IMG/VR virus record: IMGVR_UViG_3300045051_000987
Location: 1 to 64,000 of that record
Strand: one strand, 5' to 3'
Length of the DNA: 64,000 bases
From: a virus
Every line of letters begins with the position of its first letter. Position 1 is the stretch's first letter. Positions 22,536 to 31,955 of the stretch are shown here, in pieces. The position numbers and the translations under genes were made by a program. The notes below the pieces were generated by a model. That model had not been told where the DNA came from. It saw only the letters and a program-made list of their open reading frames with translations, and did not search any database.

Positions 22536-23486
22536 TCAGCCCGAGACCTGCACGTTCGTCGCCTTCACGACCGCGAGCTCCTCCTGGTAGAGCACGTCGA
22601 GGCGCATCGTCGCGACGACGATCAGCACGCCCGCGCGGATGTCGCGATCGGTCTCGATCTTGACCTTGCGCCAGATGCCGACGTCGATGTTCTTCGGATC
22701 CGTGAGGATCACGTTCGTGCAGTTGTTCGAGCCGCCGAGGTTCTCGGGGAACACCGGGATGTCGATCACGGGGACGCCCGAGTAGCCGACGACCGCCGAC
22801 TCCGAGCCCACCGCCGCGAGCGCGCGATCACCGAGCGCCGTCATGCGGTCGGAGATCGAGTCGCGGTAGTCGATCTCGGCGTCGACCGAGGTGAGGAAGC
22901 GCATCGCGCCCTTGTTGCGGAGCCACTCGCTCGGCATCGTCTTGAGCATGTCGCGGAGGATGCCCTTGTGGAGCGTCGTCGTTCCAGCGTTGACGATGTT
23001 CGTGGTCGCACCCGCGAGGATGCCGTTGAAGGCCGCGAGCTCGTCGACGAGCGACGTGAGGTCCGAGTTGACGATGAGGTCGTCCATGTCGAGCGCGATG
23101 CGCTCGGCGAGGATCGACATCACGGTCTGTCGGAGCTGATCGCCCTCGATGTTGTCCTCGAGCACTTCGTCGGTGAGGTGCACCTCGGCCTTGAAGAGCT
23201 GCGCGTCGTGCTCGACGTAGCTGAACGCCGGCTTCGTCACGTCGCCCGCTGCGAGCGCCGTGGCTTCCTGACCGCGACGAAGCACGCGCTGCGTGAAGCG
23301 CGTCTTGTTCACGATCTGCTTCGGCGCACGGAGCGGCGTGACGGTCGCCATGCCCATCACCTTCGACTCCTTGATGAGGAGACGGATGAAGCGCTGCGCC
23401 TGCGCCGGCATGAGGACGCCGTTGTTGCCGGCGATGTCCGCCAGCGCGAGCTCCGCCTTCTCGAGGATCGAACGATTGCCTTCCAT
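22536..23486 (-). CDS. Major capsid protein (HK97 fold)
   Basis: GVLMPAQAQRFI, EVLEDNIEG, LTDPKN; 316 aa after protease and scaffold. Confidence 0.88.
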   Translation of the reverse strand: MEGNRSILEKAELALADIAGNNGVLMPAQAQRFIRLLIKESKVMGMATVTPLRAPKQIVNKTRFTQRVLRRGQEATALAAGDVTKPAFSYVEHDAQLFKAEVHLTDEVLEDNIEGDQLRQTVMSILAERIALDMDDLIVNSDLTSLVDELAAFNGILAGATTNIVNAGTTTLHKGILRDMLKTMPSEWLRNKGAMRFLTSVDAEIDYRDSISDRMTALGDRALAAVGSESAVVGYSGVPVIDIPVFPENLGGSNNCTNVILTDPKNIDVGIWRKVKIETDRDIRAGVLIVVATMRLDVLYQEELAVVKATNVQVSG

Positions 23487-23569
23487 GTGCCCTCTCTGTG
23501 CTCCCGCGGAGTCTGGTGTCCGCGTCGGATGGATTCAAGAACTCCACGGGCACCACGCCCGCGCGGGAC

Positions 23570-24508
23570 CTACTTCTTCGTGAAACGGACGCTCGGATCG
23601 GCCTTCTTCACGTCGTACTTGTCGGGCTGCGTCATGTCGTGCGACCAGCCGGGCGAGTTGTCCTCGTCCTCGAAGTCGACGTCACCGCCCTTGTTCGTGT
23701 CGGTGCGACCGTCGTCGACACCGGCGTTCGGGGTCTGACGCGCCTTCGCGATCTCGGCGACCTGCGTCGCCTGCGCGCCGAGCGCCTCGCCGTGCTTCGC
23801 CACGACGTTCGCGATCTTCTCCAGGCCCGACGCGAGCTTCGTCTCGAAGGGCACGAGGGCCTTCGCGAGAGCCTTCGTCACCACGTCGTCGACGTCGACC
23901 TCGGTCGGCGCCGGCTCGGGATCGACCGCGGGCGCCACAGGCTTCGCGATCGACTCGAGGAGCACGTTGATCGCATCGCGCGCCGCAGTGAGCTGGCTGA
24001 CGCGCGCCCCGGAGAACTGTGGGAGGCCTTTTGCGATGGGCTGGCCGTTCGCGTCCTTCTCGACCTCGCCGCGCTCGATGCCGAAGAGGAGCTCGGCGAC
24101 CTTCGTCACGATCTCCGCAGGCACCTCGACGAGGCCGGGCTGCTCGGTCGCACCCGCGACGAGCGCCTTGATCGCAGCGATGCGCGTCGCAGCCATCTCG
24201 AAGCGCTTGATCAGGCTCGCCTTCGCCTCGGGCGAGAGCGCGAGCACCGGCTCGTTCGTGGGTCCGCCGGTGCCCGTCTCGGGCTTCGCGGGGGTCGTCG
24301 GAGCCGAGCCCGGGGCCGGCGTCTCCTTGGTGACCGTGTGACCGCCCTTGCCGTCGCCCACGACCGGATCGCCCTTCTTCGTCGTCATGCTTGCACCCTT
24401 CACGATGAGGAAACACCGCTTGTTCGCCGCCCGATCGACGACGCTCACTTCTTTCGTCTCGATGTCGGTGAGCCGGTAGATCGTCGGATCCGTTTCGGGC
24501 GTCGCCAT
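23570..24508 (-). CDS. Scaffold-like protein carrying an N-terminal protease strand
   Basis: LTDIETKEVSVVDRAANKRCF N-terminus, then helical/disordered body; upstream of capsid. Confidence 0.7.
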   Translation of the reverse strand: MATPETDPTIYRLTDIETKEVSVVDRAANKRCFLIVKGASMTTKKGDPVVGDGKGGHTVTKETPAPGSAPTTPAKPETGTGGPTNEPVLALSPEAKASLIKRFEMAATRIAAIKALVAGATEQPGLVEVPAEIVTKVAELLFGIERGEVEKDANGQPIAKGLPQFSGARVSQLTAARDAINVLLESIAKPVAPAVDPEPAPTEVDVDDVVTKALAKALVPFETKLASGLEKIANVVAKHGEALGAQATQVAEIAKARQTPNAGVDDGRTDTNKGGDVDFEDEDNSPGWSHDMTQPDKYDVKKADPSVRFTKK

Positions 24509-24513
24509 GATCG

Positions 24514-24559
24514 GGGCCGAAGGTAGCTGGGCGTGATCGAATCGCGCAAGCCAGGGCCC
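24514..24559 (-). promoter_or_regulatory. 46-bp direct repeat copy B, putative late promoter for scaffold-capsid operon
   Basis: Identical to 10808-10853. Confidence 0.7.
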
Positions 24560-24562
24560 CGG

Positions 24563-24580
24563 TGTTCACCCGGGTGAACA
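24563..24580. repeat. 18-bp palindrome copy 3 (intergenic)
   Basis: TGTTCACCCGGGTGAACA. Confidence 0.95.
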
Positions 24581-24582
24581 GA

Positions 24583-25641
24583 TCACGCGGGCTGTCGGAT
24601 CGCCGAGCCGCCGATCGAGAAGCCGGTGAAGCCGCCGCTCTTCGTCAGCTCCCACAGGTCGTCATCGACAACGCGGATCGCGAGGAGCCACGTGCCAGCC
24701 TTCACGACCTCGGTCCCGATCGTGAAGTCCACCGGCGCGATGTAGCTCTCGAGCACCTTGAGCTTCCCCGTCACGATCTCGGTGTGCTGCTTCCCGAGCT
24801 GCGCGTGGTGCTCCATGAAGCGGTGCGCCGTCTTGCGCACTTCCTCGGCGGAGTACGTGTCGAGCTGCGAGTCGACGACATCGGGCTCGAGCACGATGCC
24901 GAACACGAAGCGCTCCTCGATCGAAGGCTCGGCGGTGTCCTTCCGCACGAGGCGCACGCTGTGGCTCTTCGTCGTCGACGCCGCGACACGTTCGACGTGC
25001 GGAGCATCCTCGATGAGCGCGAGCGGGGAGCCGAAGAGCACGTCGGGACGCGTCGCGAGCTTGAACACCGAAGCGAGGCCCGCGAGCGCCGTGCGGTGCT
25101 CAGGCGAGTCGACGACGGCGATCACGGTGCTCGGCCCGAGCTTGCTGATCGCGCTCGCGACGCTCTCCGCGGTGAGCGGCGTCTTGTCCGGATCACCGTC
25201 GAGCTCGCCCTTCATGACGACCGCCACGGGCTGATCACTCGCCGGCACGACGCAGAGCGCTCCCGCGACCTCGAGCGAGGTGCGCGCGACGAGGGGCTCC
25301 TCGCCGTCGACCTTCGCGAGGAAGGCCTCCCACACCACGCGGCGGAGCACGCCGTCGACCTTGAGCACGTCGGCCGCCGCGATCACGCGTTGCTCGACGA
25401 GCTCGTCACGGACGTCACGCGCCTCTTCGAGGCTCGCCGCTTTCCAGTAGCGGAACGACGGGGGCACGTCCTGCTCGAGCGACGGCGGGAGCGCCGAGAC
25501 GCCGAGCGGGGGCATGAGGCCCTTCACGACCGCCTCGACGGTGAGCACCGGCGGGAGCGTGCGGGCCCCGATCCCCTCGAACGCGAGCGCCGGATCGAGC
25601 GCCGGAGCCGCGTCCTTCCTGACCTTCGTGCGAGCTCGCAT
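24583..25641 (-). CDS. Prohead protease (XkdF-like domain at C-terminus)
   Basis: FGIVLEPDVVDSQLD...KQH...VLESYIAP...GTW...W...KSGGFTGFSIGG. Confidence 0.85.
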   Translation of the reverse strand: MRARTKVRKDAAPALDPALAFEGIGARTLPPVLTVEAVVKGLMPPLGVSALPPSLEQDVPPSFRYWKAASLEEARDVRDELVEQRVIAAADVLKVDGVLRRVVWEAFLAKVDGEEPLVARTSLEVAGALCVVPASDQPVAVVMKGELDGDPDKTPLTAESVASAISKLGPSTVIAVVDSPEHRTALAGLASVFKLATRPDVLFGSPLALIEDAPHVERVAASTTKSHSVRLVRKDTAEPSIEERFVFGIVLEPDVVDSQLDTYSAEEVRKTAHRFMEHHAQLGKQHTEIVTGKLKVLESYIAPVDFTIGTEVVKAGTWLLAIRVVDDDLWELTKSGGFTGFSIGGSAIRQPA

Positions 25642-25643
25642 GA

Positions 25644-26534
25644 TCAGGTCGTCGGTGCCTTGCCGGAGTCGCGACCCCAGAACGGCTCTTCGTCGCCCGT
25701 GGTGCCCTTGTTCTTGTAGATGCCCGCCTTCTCGTCGAAGTCGGCGCTCGCCATGTCCATCGGCCACGCGGTCTCGCGCGTGGCCGGTGCGGGGCTCGGG
25801 GCCGGAGCTGCGGGAGGCGCCGCCGCCGGGATCGCCTTGCCCACGAGCGCGGCCTTCGCCGTCGCCTCACCGAGGAGCCCGCTCATCTGAGCGATCACGT
25901 GCTCGGTGCGCGCGGCCGCCTGCAACGCGCTCACGGTGTCGCTCACCGACCAGCGGAAGTCGCAGTCGAGGAGGTCGGAGCCCTCCTCGGGCACGTAGTT
26001 GAAGATCGCGGCGATCTTCGAGAGGCACGCGAGCGCCTCGCCGGCCTTCGCGATCGTCGTCTTGCCGTCCTCGCTCTTCGCGAGCTTCGCGCGCGCGGGC
26101 GCCGCCTCGGTCGCCTTCGCGACCTTGAAGAGCGACTTGAAGAGGTCGGTGAGCTCGCGCGAGCCGTCCGCCTTCGTCGTGAAGATCACGTCGTTCTCGA
26201 ACTTGATGTTCGAGTCGCCCGTCGGCGTGATCGCGGGCTGCGGGATGTCCGCGGTGAACGTCTCGATCTTCGCGGTCGTCGCGCCACCGGCGAAGACGGC
26301 CTTCGCCGCCGTGACCTGCGCCTTGAGGTGCTCGAGGCGAGCCTTCTTCTGCTCGCTCTTGCCGGCGAGCTCGTCGGCCGCCGCCTTCTCGAGCTGATCG
26401 AGCGCGTGCGCGGTGAGCTTCTCCGCGGTCACCTCGATGGAGGTCGCCGTTGCGGGAGCGGCGCCGAGCGCGTCGATCTTCGCGAGGACGGTGTCGAGGG
26501 GCGAGACGGGCGCGGGCGTTGCGGACGTGGTCAT
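25644..26534 (-). CDS. Hypothetical Ala/Lys-rich head-region protein
   Basis: 296 aa, GGAGG SD. Confidence 0.65.
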   Translation of the reverse strand: MTTSATPAPVSPLDTVLAKIDALGAAPATATSIEVTAEKLTAHALDQLEKAAADELAGKSEQKKARLEHLKAQVTAAKAVFAGGATTAKIETFTADIPQPAITPTGDSNIKFENDVIFTTKADGSRELTDLFKSLFKVAKATEAAPARAKLAKSEDGKTTIAKAGEALACLSKIAAIFNYVPEEGSDLLDCDFRWSVSDTVSALQAAARTEHVIAQMSGLLGEATAKAALVGKAIPAAAPPAAPAPSPAPATRETAWPMDMASADFDEKAGIYKNKGTTGDEEPFWGRDSGKAPTT

Positions 26535-26585
26535 CGAGGGTTCCTCCGACGCGGAGAATGACCCTGGTCCGCGGGCTGGTGCAAG

Positions 26586-26924
26586 TCAGTGCCCGGCGCG
26601 CGCGGCGATCGAGTCGGGGAACCAAGTCGCGCGCGCGCTCACCGTCGTCGGGTCGAAGTCGAGCCCATCGAGTCGACGACGAAGGAGGATCGGGAGGGCA
26701 TCGGCGATGCGCCAGACGCTCCACTTCGACTCGAAGCGGAGATCCCGCGCCATGTCGATGCACAGGTTCGTGCGTCGCTTGATCTCGTCGGCCGTCGTGA
26801 TGACGCGCCCCGCGCCGTCGCGCACGAGGTCGGAGTCGTAGGAGCGCTGGATCGCGCGCTCGATCCCCTTCACGAGGACGGGGATGTGCTTCGGGTCTTC
26901 GATGATCTTGGCGAGCGACTCCAT
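26586..26924 (-). CDS. Hypothetical protein
   Basis: 112 aa. Confidence 0.6.
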   Translation of the reverse strand: MESLAKIIEDPKHIPVLVKGIERAIQRSYDSDLVRDGAGRVITTADEIKRRTNLCIDMARDLRFESKWSVWRIADALPILLRRRLDGLDFDPTTVSARATWFPDSIAARAGH

Positions 26925-26964
26925 GCGCCCATCCTGGACCGCGCGCGCGCCCTCGGTCCAGCGG

Positions 26965-26982
26965 TGTTCACCCGGGTGAACA
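26965..26982. repeat. 18-bp palindrome copy 4 (intergenic)
   Basis: TGTTCACCCGGGTGAACA. Confidence 0.95.
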
Positions 26983-26985
26983 GGC

Positions 26986-28056
26986 TCAGGCGTAGGAGGC
27001 CGGCTCGATCGTCGATCGGCAGTACGCGTGCAGCGGAGGGAGCGGGGGAGTCATCGCGGCGAGCTGCGCGCCGGTGAGCGCGTTCGAGTAGCTCCCTCGG
27101 TCGTCGCGCGCGCCCACACCCGATCGATCGATCGTCGCGATCACCTCGCGCCCGTTGCCGCGATCGACGTAGATGATCCTCGAGCCGTCCTCGGCGCGGC
27201 CGCTCCGCACCCACGGCGCGACGTTGTAGACGTCGTTTGGGTTCGTGAGCGTCGAGAGCTGATCGCGCGCTGCGATCGCGCCGCTGAGCGGGAAGATCTG
27301 CCCGTCGTAGAAGCGGCACTCGTCGGTCGTGACCTCGTCGAGCACGGCCGTGAACGCGTAGCTCTGCACGCCGGCTTCTTGGAACGCGCCGATCTCCGAG
27401 AACGTGCGCGCGCTGTTCACGAACTGACCGGCGATCAGTTGCCAGTACGAGTCGCCGCGCATGACCGTCGAGCCGAGTGCGGTGTTCAGGTCGCGAGCGA
27501 TCTCCGCGCGCCCGAGGCCTTGCTCGAGGCCACGAGCCACGACGTCGCGCGCGGTCGCCGCGAGCTCGTCACGCCGCACGCCGTAGTGGTCGCGGATGAA
27601 GTTGGCCGTCGAGAGGCGGAGGTAGCGCTCGGCGAGGTGATCGCGCTGCGAGAGCGACGCACCGATCGTGAAGTCCCATCGACGCGTCGCCGCCTCGCGC
27701 GTCGAGCCCATGACCCGCGGACCGGCCACGCGGAGCACGCCGGAGATCGACGGGAGCGCGCGCGCGGGCGCCGTCCCGATCGCAGCTCGAGCGGCCTCGA
27801 TCACCGCCTCGCGCGCGGCCGCGTTCAGGTTCGGCCAGTCCACGTCGAGCTCGCGGATCGCGAGAGCCACCGCTTGCGCCTCGCCCTCGCCCGCCGCCGC
27901 CGCGAGCGCGCGCCGCACCTGAGCGACGATCCGGAGGTAGCCGCTCGGCGCGAGGGGGTTGATCGAGGCCTTCTCGACGGGGATGTGGAGGGCCTCGGCG
28001 ATCTCGTCGACGGCGTGTCCGACGCAGCACGCGAAGCCCGAGTCGACGCGGAGCAT
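26986..28056 (-). CDS. Head morphogenesis / minor capsid protein (Mu gpF, SPP1 gp7-like)
   Basis: AVLDEVTTDECRFYDGQIF and PPLHAYCRS; start reassigned to 28056. Confidence 0.85.
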   Translation of the reverse strand: MLRVDSGFACCVGHAVDEIAEALHIPVEKASINPLAPSGYLRIVAQVRRALAAAAGEGEAQAVALAIRELDVDWPNLNAAAREAVIEAARAAIGTAPARALPSISGVLRVAGPRVMGSTREAATRRWDFTIGASLSQRDHLAERYLRLSTANFIRDHYGVRRDELAATARDVVARGLEQGLGRAEIARDLNTALGSTVMRGDSYWQLIAGQFVNSARTFSEIGAFQEAGVQSYAFTAVLDEVTTDECRFYDGQIFPLSGAIAARDQLSTLTNPNDVYNVAPWVRSGRAEDGSRIIYVDRGNGREVIATIDRSGVGARDDRGSYSNALTGAQLAAMTPPLPPLHAYCRSTIEPASYA

Positions 28057-30122
28057 CACGCCCCCTTTGCGATCGGAACCGTCGGCTTGATCGCGAACTT
28101 CTTCACCAGCTCGTCGAGCGGCATCGTGATGCGCTCCTCTTCGAGCGCGGGCGCCGGATCGGTGCCCGTCGTCGTGTCGCCGGCACGCACGGCCGCGATG
28201 TGCTCGGCGTGCGCCTGCTCTTCCTCGAGCTTCTCGAGCTCGTCGCGGAGGCCGAGGATCGTGCCGGCGAACGCCATGAGGTTCTTCGTCGAGGTCTTCG
28301 TCGCGCGGACGTTCGCCGCCCACGTGAGTACTTGCCCCGCGCGTCCCTTCGCGGCCGGCTTCGGCGCCGGCTTCTTCTCGCCGCCCGCGTCGGCGCCCTC
28401 TTCCGCAGCGGCTCCGGGGCCCTTCGGCGCCGTGCTTTCGTCGAGGCCGGGGATCTTGCCGTCGAGCGATCCGTCGAGCGGTACGCCGACCTGCGTGAGC
28501 ATCGTGGGCTGGTAGACCCAATCGGCGTCGATCTTCGGGAGCGGGCTGTTGAAGACGAGCTCGGCCGCGAGCCGGCGCGCGTCGTTCGGCACGAGCACGT
28601 TGGCGGTCGTGAGGTCGGCGATGATCTCGGCGAGCACCTTCGGGTCGCGCACGACGGTGCTGTTCGACTGGAACTTCCAGAACCGGATCCCGAGCGAGCC
28701 GAGCACGATGCGGTTCATGAAGAAGTCGAACTCGACGCGCTCGGGCCCGAAGACCTGAGCCTCGGCGAACTCGAGCGCCGCGTCGGCCGTCGCGCGGTTG
28801 AAGTCGCGCACGTCGCCTCGAAGCATGCGGCTCAATCGGAACTGCATGCCGATCTTGTCGAGGCCTCGCTCGTCGTACTTCTGGAAGAGCCCGTCGCCTT
28901 GCTGCGCGCTCGTGAGCGGGCGGAGCTCGATCTTGAGGCGCCCCGCGGCGAGCGGATCGCCCTCGTTGCCCTGCGCGGGCTCGCCTTCGATCACGAGGAT
29001 TTTGTGAAAGTTGCGCGCGCCCTTGATCTCGTTGTCGATGTAGTCGCGGATGTTGGTCACGCTCTCGCTCGACACGCGCCCGCCGGAGACGAGCAGTGCG
29101 AGCGGGGGCACGCTCTTGTTCTCGAAGTAGAGGTAGTTGACCTCTTCCGCGGAGCGCATGCCGAGCACGCTGATCAACGTGCCGATCCATCGAGGTACGC
29201 CGTACTGCGTGCGCGGCGCGTGGATGCGGAAGTGCATGATCTCAGTCGCGGGGAGCGCCGGGCCTTCGTCCCCGCGTCCGGGCTCCTTCGTCGAGAGCTC
29301 GAGCGCGCTCGAGTAAGTCCGGCCGGTGCGCGAGCTCATCACGCGCGGATCGCCGAACTCCTTGAAGTAGACCACGCGCGAGTCGATGACCTGCACGAAG
29401 CGGCGGAAGCGTCGCTTGAGGCGCTCGGTACGCACCGAGATCGGCGACACGCGCACGGGCACCTTGATCTCGACGAACTGCGGGCCTTGCGGGAGCAGGC
29501 GCATCGTGTGGGCCTGCACGTAGTTGAACTGCGCGACGCGGTTCGTGTCGTCGCGGAGCACCTCCCAATAGCCGTTGCCCGTGACCTCGAGATCCTGTCG
29601 CGTGCGCTTGCGGAGCGAGATGAAGCTCTCCTCGATGGTCGCCATCTCGAAGAAGAGGTCGAGCTTGTGCCGCTCGATCCGCATCTCGTCTTGGATGATC
29701 GAGATCCGCTTCGCGACCTCGTCAGCGGTGGGCACGAGCTTCTCGACGATCTTGCCGGCGTCCTTCGCGGCGAGGCGCTCGATGTAGATCGCGTTCGCGA
29801 CCTGCGCGACGAGATCATCGCTGTCGAGATCGATGAGCGGCTCGAAGTGATGCCCGTTGCCGTCGATGTTCGTCGCGTACGCGTCGACGCTCGGGCGGAG
29901 CGCGCTCGAGCACTCGAAGACCTCGCACAGCGTGCTCATGTTGAAAGGCGGGACGATCGCGCCGGCCTCGAAGAACGCCTTGCGAGCGGTCTCCTCGTCG
30001 ATCGTGTTCGTGAGCTCGCGGGGCCGCCCGTCGCCACCGATCATGATCGACTTGAGCACCGGCGATCGCGTCACGCGCTCGACGCGCTTCTCGGTCTCGC
30101 TCTTCTTCACCCGACTTCGCAT
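28056..30122 (-). CDS. Portal protein (PBSX-like)
   Basis: DLEVTGNGYWEVLRD, EIMHF, YGVPRW, YFENKSVP, FNRATA. Confidence 0.92.
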   Translation of the reverse strand: MRSRVKKSETEKRVERVTRSPVLKSIMIGGDGRPRELTNTIDEETARKAFFEAGAIVPPFNMSTLCEVFECSSALRPSVDAYATNIDGNGHHFEPLIDLDSDDLVAQVANAIYIERLAAKDAGKIVEKLVPTADEVAKRISIIQDEMRIERHKLDLFFEMATIEESFISLRKRTRQDLEVTGNGYWEVLRDDTNRVAQFNYVQAHTMRLLPQGPQFVEIKVPVRVSPISVRTERLKRRFRRFVQVIDSRVVYFKEFGDPRVMSSRTGRTYSSALELSTKEPGRGDEGPALPATEIMHFRIHAPRTQYGVPRWIGTLISVLGMRSAEEVNYLYFENKSVPPLALLVSGGRVSSESVTNIRDYIDNEIKGARNFHKILVIEGEPAQGNEGDPLAAGRLKIELRPLTSAQQGDGLFQKYDERGLDKIGMQFRLSRMLRGDVRDFNRATADAALEFAEAQVFGPERVEFDFFMNRIVLGSLGIRFWKFQSNSTVVRDPKVLAEIIADLTTANVLVPNDARRLAAELVFNSPLPKIDADWVYQPTMLTQVGVPLDGSLDGKIPGLDESTAPKGPGAAAEEGADAGGEKKPAPKPAAKGRAGQVLTWAANVRATKTSTKNLMAFAGTILGLRDELEKLEEEQAHAEHIAAVRAGDTTTGTDPAPALEEERITMPLDELVKKFAIKPTVPIAKGA

Positions 30123-30433
30123 CACGCCTCCGCGCGGACGTTCATCCCGCCGTACATCACGACCGGATCGCCATCCGTGAAGGCCGCTGTGCGCACGCGC
30201 AGCATGCGGAACGAGCCCTCGTAGAACACGATCTCGGGCGCTGTGATCTGATCGATCTCGACCCACGTCACGCCGTCGTTCGAGACCTCGACGCGCAGGT
30301 TCGCGGTGAAGGTGCCGGAGACCTGGATCGTGTGGTCGATGCAGATCTCGGGGTAGCGCGAGGGTGAGCCCTCACTGAGCGGGCCCGGCGTGGCGTCGCG
30401 CTTCACGTCGACGGCGTGGAACTCGGGGCGCAT
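30122..30433 (-). CDS. Small beta-sandwich protein, paralogue A
   Basis: VSGTFTANLRVEVSNDGVTW...ITAP...RMLRVRT. Confidence 0.65.
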   Translation of the reverse strand: MRPEFHAVDVKRDATPGPLSEGSPSRYPEICIDHTIQVSGTFTANLRVEVSNDGVTWVEIDQITAPEIVFYEGSFRMLRVRTAAFTDGDPVVMYGGMNVRAEA

Positions 30434-30434
30434 C

Positions 30435-30728
30435 TCAGAAGGCCCTTCCGTCGAAGCCACCGAACGACGCCGCTGGTGCGCCGCTCGCGAAGACAGTCGT
30501 GCGCATGCGGAGGTAACGCACCGTGTGCGGAATCGGGTGCACGCCGGGCGCGGTGATGTCGCCGGTGAGATCCGCCCACGTAGAGCCATCGAGCGAGCCC
30601 TGCACGCGCACGGTCGCATCGAAGGTCCCCGACACGATCACCGTCTTCTCGGTGAAGCGATCGACGACGATCGACGCGCCGCTCGCGACGGACGCGGGGG
30701 TGGGCATGGCCTTGCTCTCGAACCTCAT
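30435..30728 (-). CDS. Small beta-sandwich protein, paralogue B
   Basis: VSGTFDATVRVQGSLDGSTW...ITAP...RYLRMRT. Confidence 0.65.
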   Translation of the reverse strand: MRFESKAMPTPASVASGASIVVDRFTEKTVIVSGTFDATVRVQGSLDGSTWADLTGDITAPGVHPIPHTVRYLRMRTTVFASGAPAASFGGFDGRAF

Positions 30729-31042
30729 CGGCCACCTCCGCCGATCACGCGGTGCTTCGAGGTCGGGCGATCGTCCTTCACCGTGGCGAGGTGCGCGACG
30801 AGCGTCGTCGCCGGGCCCGTGCGCGCGCCGAGCGCGATGGTCGCGACGATGCCCTGATCGGGCGCGTGCGAGAGCGAGACGACGTCGCAGCCCTGCGCCT
30901 CGAGCTTCGCGCGCACGAGCGTCGCGGCGTGATCGGGGTGCTTCGCCTCGATGTTGAACGCGAGGCTCGGCTCCTCCTTCCCCGGATCGCGGGGGTCCTT
31001 GGCCTTGCGGAAGACGCGCACCTTGAATCGCTTCGTCGCCAT
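30725..31042 (-). CDS. Hypothetical protein
   Basis: 105 aa, coupled to next gene. Confidence 0.6.
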   Translation of the reverse strand: MATKRFKVRVFRKAKDPRDPGKEEPSLAFNIEAKHPDHAATLVRAKLEAQGCDVVSLSHAPDQGIVATIALGARTGPATTLVAHLATVKDDRPTSKHRVIGGGGR

Positions 31043-31086
31043 GCGCGCGAGCGTAGCCGATCACGCGGGACGTCACGACGCGCCGG

Positions 31087-31104
31087 TGTTCACCCGGGTG
31101 AACA
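31087..31104. repeat. 18-bp palindrome copy 5 (intergenic)
   Basis: TGTTCACCCGGGTGAACA. Confidence 0.95.
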
Positions 31105-31107
31105 CGC

Positions 31108-31743
31108 TCAGGCCGAGCGCAGCTCCCTCCGGACCTCAGCGATCCACCTCGAGCGCTCAGGGCTCGCATCTTCGAGTCGTTCGGCGAGCGACGCTTCGAT
31201 CTCCTTCACGAGGCCGGGCCCCGGAAGATCGCCGGAGTCGAAGGGCACCTTCGGGAAGGTCGTGCGGAAGAGGTGCTCGTACGCGCGCCCGTCGTGGTGC
31301 GTCAGCGGGTGACGAAGCGAGACCTCGACGAAGATGCCGAGCAGCTCGGGGCCCGTGATCCTCCCGAGCGCGTCCCACGTGGCCGGCTTCCACGCCTCGG
31401 ACGGCTCCGAGGGCACGCGCTCGAGCATGGCGCCCACGTGCGCGCGGAAGAGCATCTCGGAGAACCGCACGGGCGCCGTGGGCCGAAGGAGGAGCATCAC
31501 GTTCCGCGGCTCGCCCGCATCGATCGGGAGCATGCCAGCGGACCGAGGCCATCGATCGCGACACGCTCGATCGGCGAAGTCGTGCCGATCGAGCGTGCGC
31601 GTGATGTCGACGACGGGCGCGCCGAGCTCGGTGAGCACACCCTCGATCGTCTTCTTCGGGTTCGACCGGATCTCGACGTCGATGCGCAACAGAAGCTCGA
31701 GCTGTGGGGAAGGCGCCGAGGCCTTCTTCACGCGGGCCTTCAT
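31108..31743 (-). CDS. Hypothetical protein
   Basis: ATGA overlap with upstream gene. Confidence 0.6.
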   Translation of the reverse strand: MKARVKKASAPSPQLELLLRIDVEIRSNPKKTIEGVLTELGAPVVDITRTLDRHDFADRACRDRWPRSAGMLPIDAGEPRNVMLLLRPTAPVRFSEMLFRAHVGAMLERVPSEPSEAWKPATWDALGRITGPELLGIFVEVSLRHPLTHHDGRAYEHLFRTTFPKVPFDSGDLPGPGLVKEIEASLAERLEDASPERSRWIAEVRRELRSA

Positions 31744-31955
31744 GAAGGCATGTCCGCCGCCGAGCGGTAGACGCGGAACCGACGCGCACCCGGCTTCCAT
31801 CGAGCGGGGTCGTCGGGATCTCCGACGTCGACGGCACGCGCGTTCTCGTCGAGCCCGAAGAAGCTGATCGCGCTCCTCGCGCTCATCGCCACGACCGACA
31901 GATAACCCACGGGCTCGATCGTCACCCCGTTCTTCGTCTTCGTCCTCGCTCTCAT
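31740..31955 (-). CDS. Hypothetical protein
   Basis: ATGA-coupled on both sides. Confidence 0.5.
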   Translation of the reverse strand: MRARTKTKNGVTIEPVGYLSVVAMSARSAISFFGLDENARAVDVGDPDDPARWKPGARRFRVYRSAADMPS

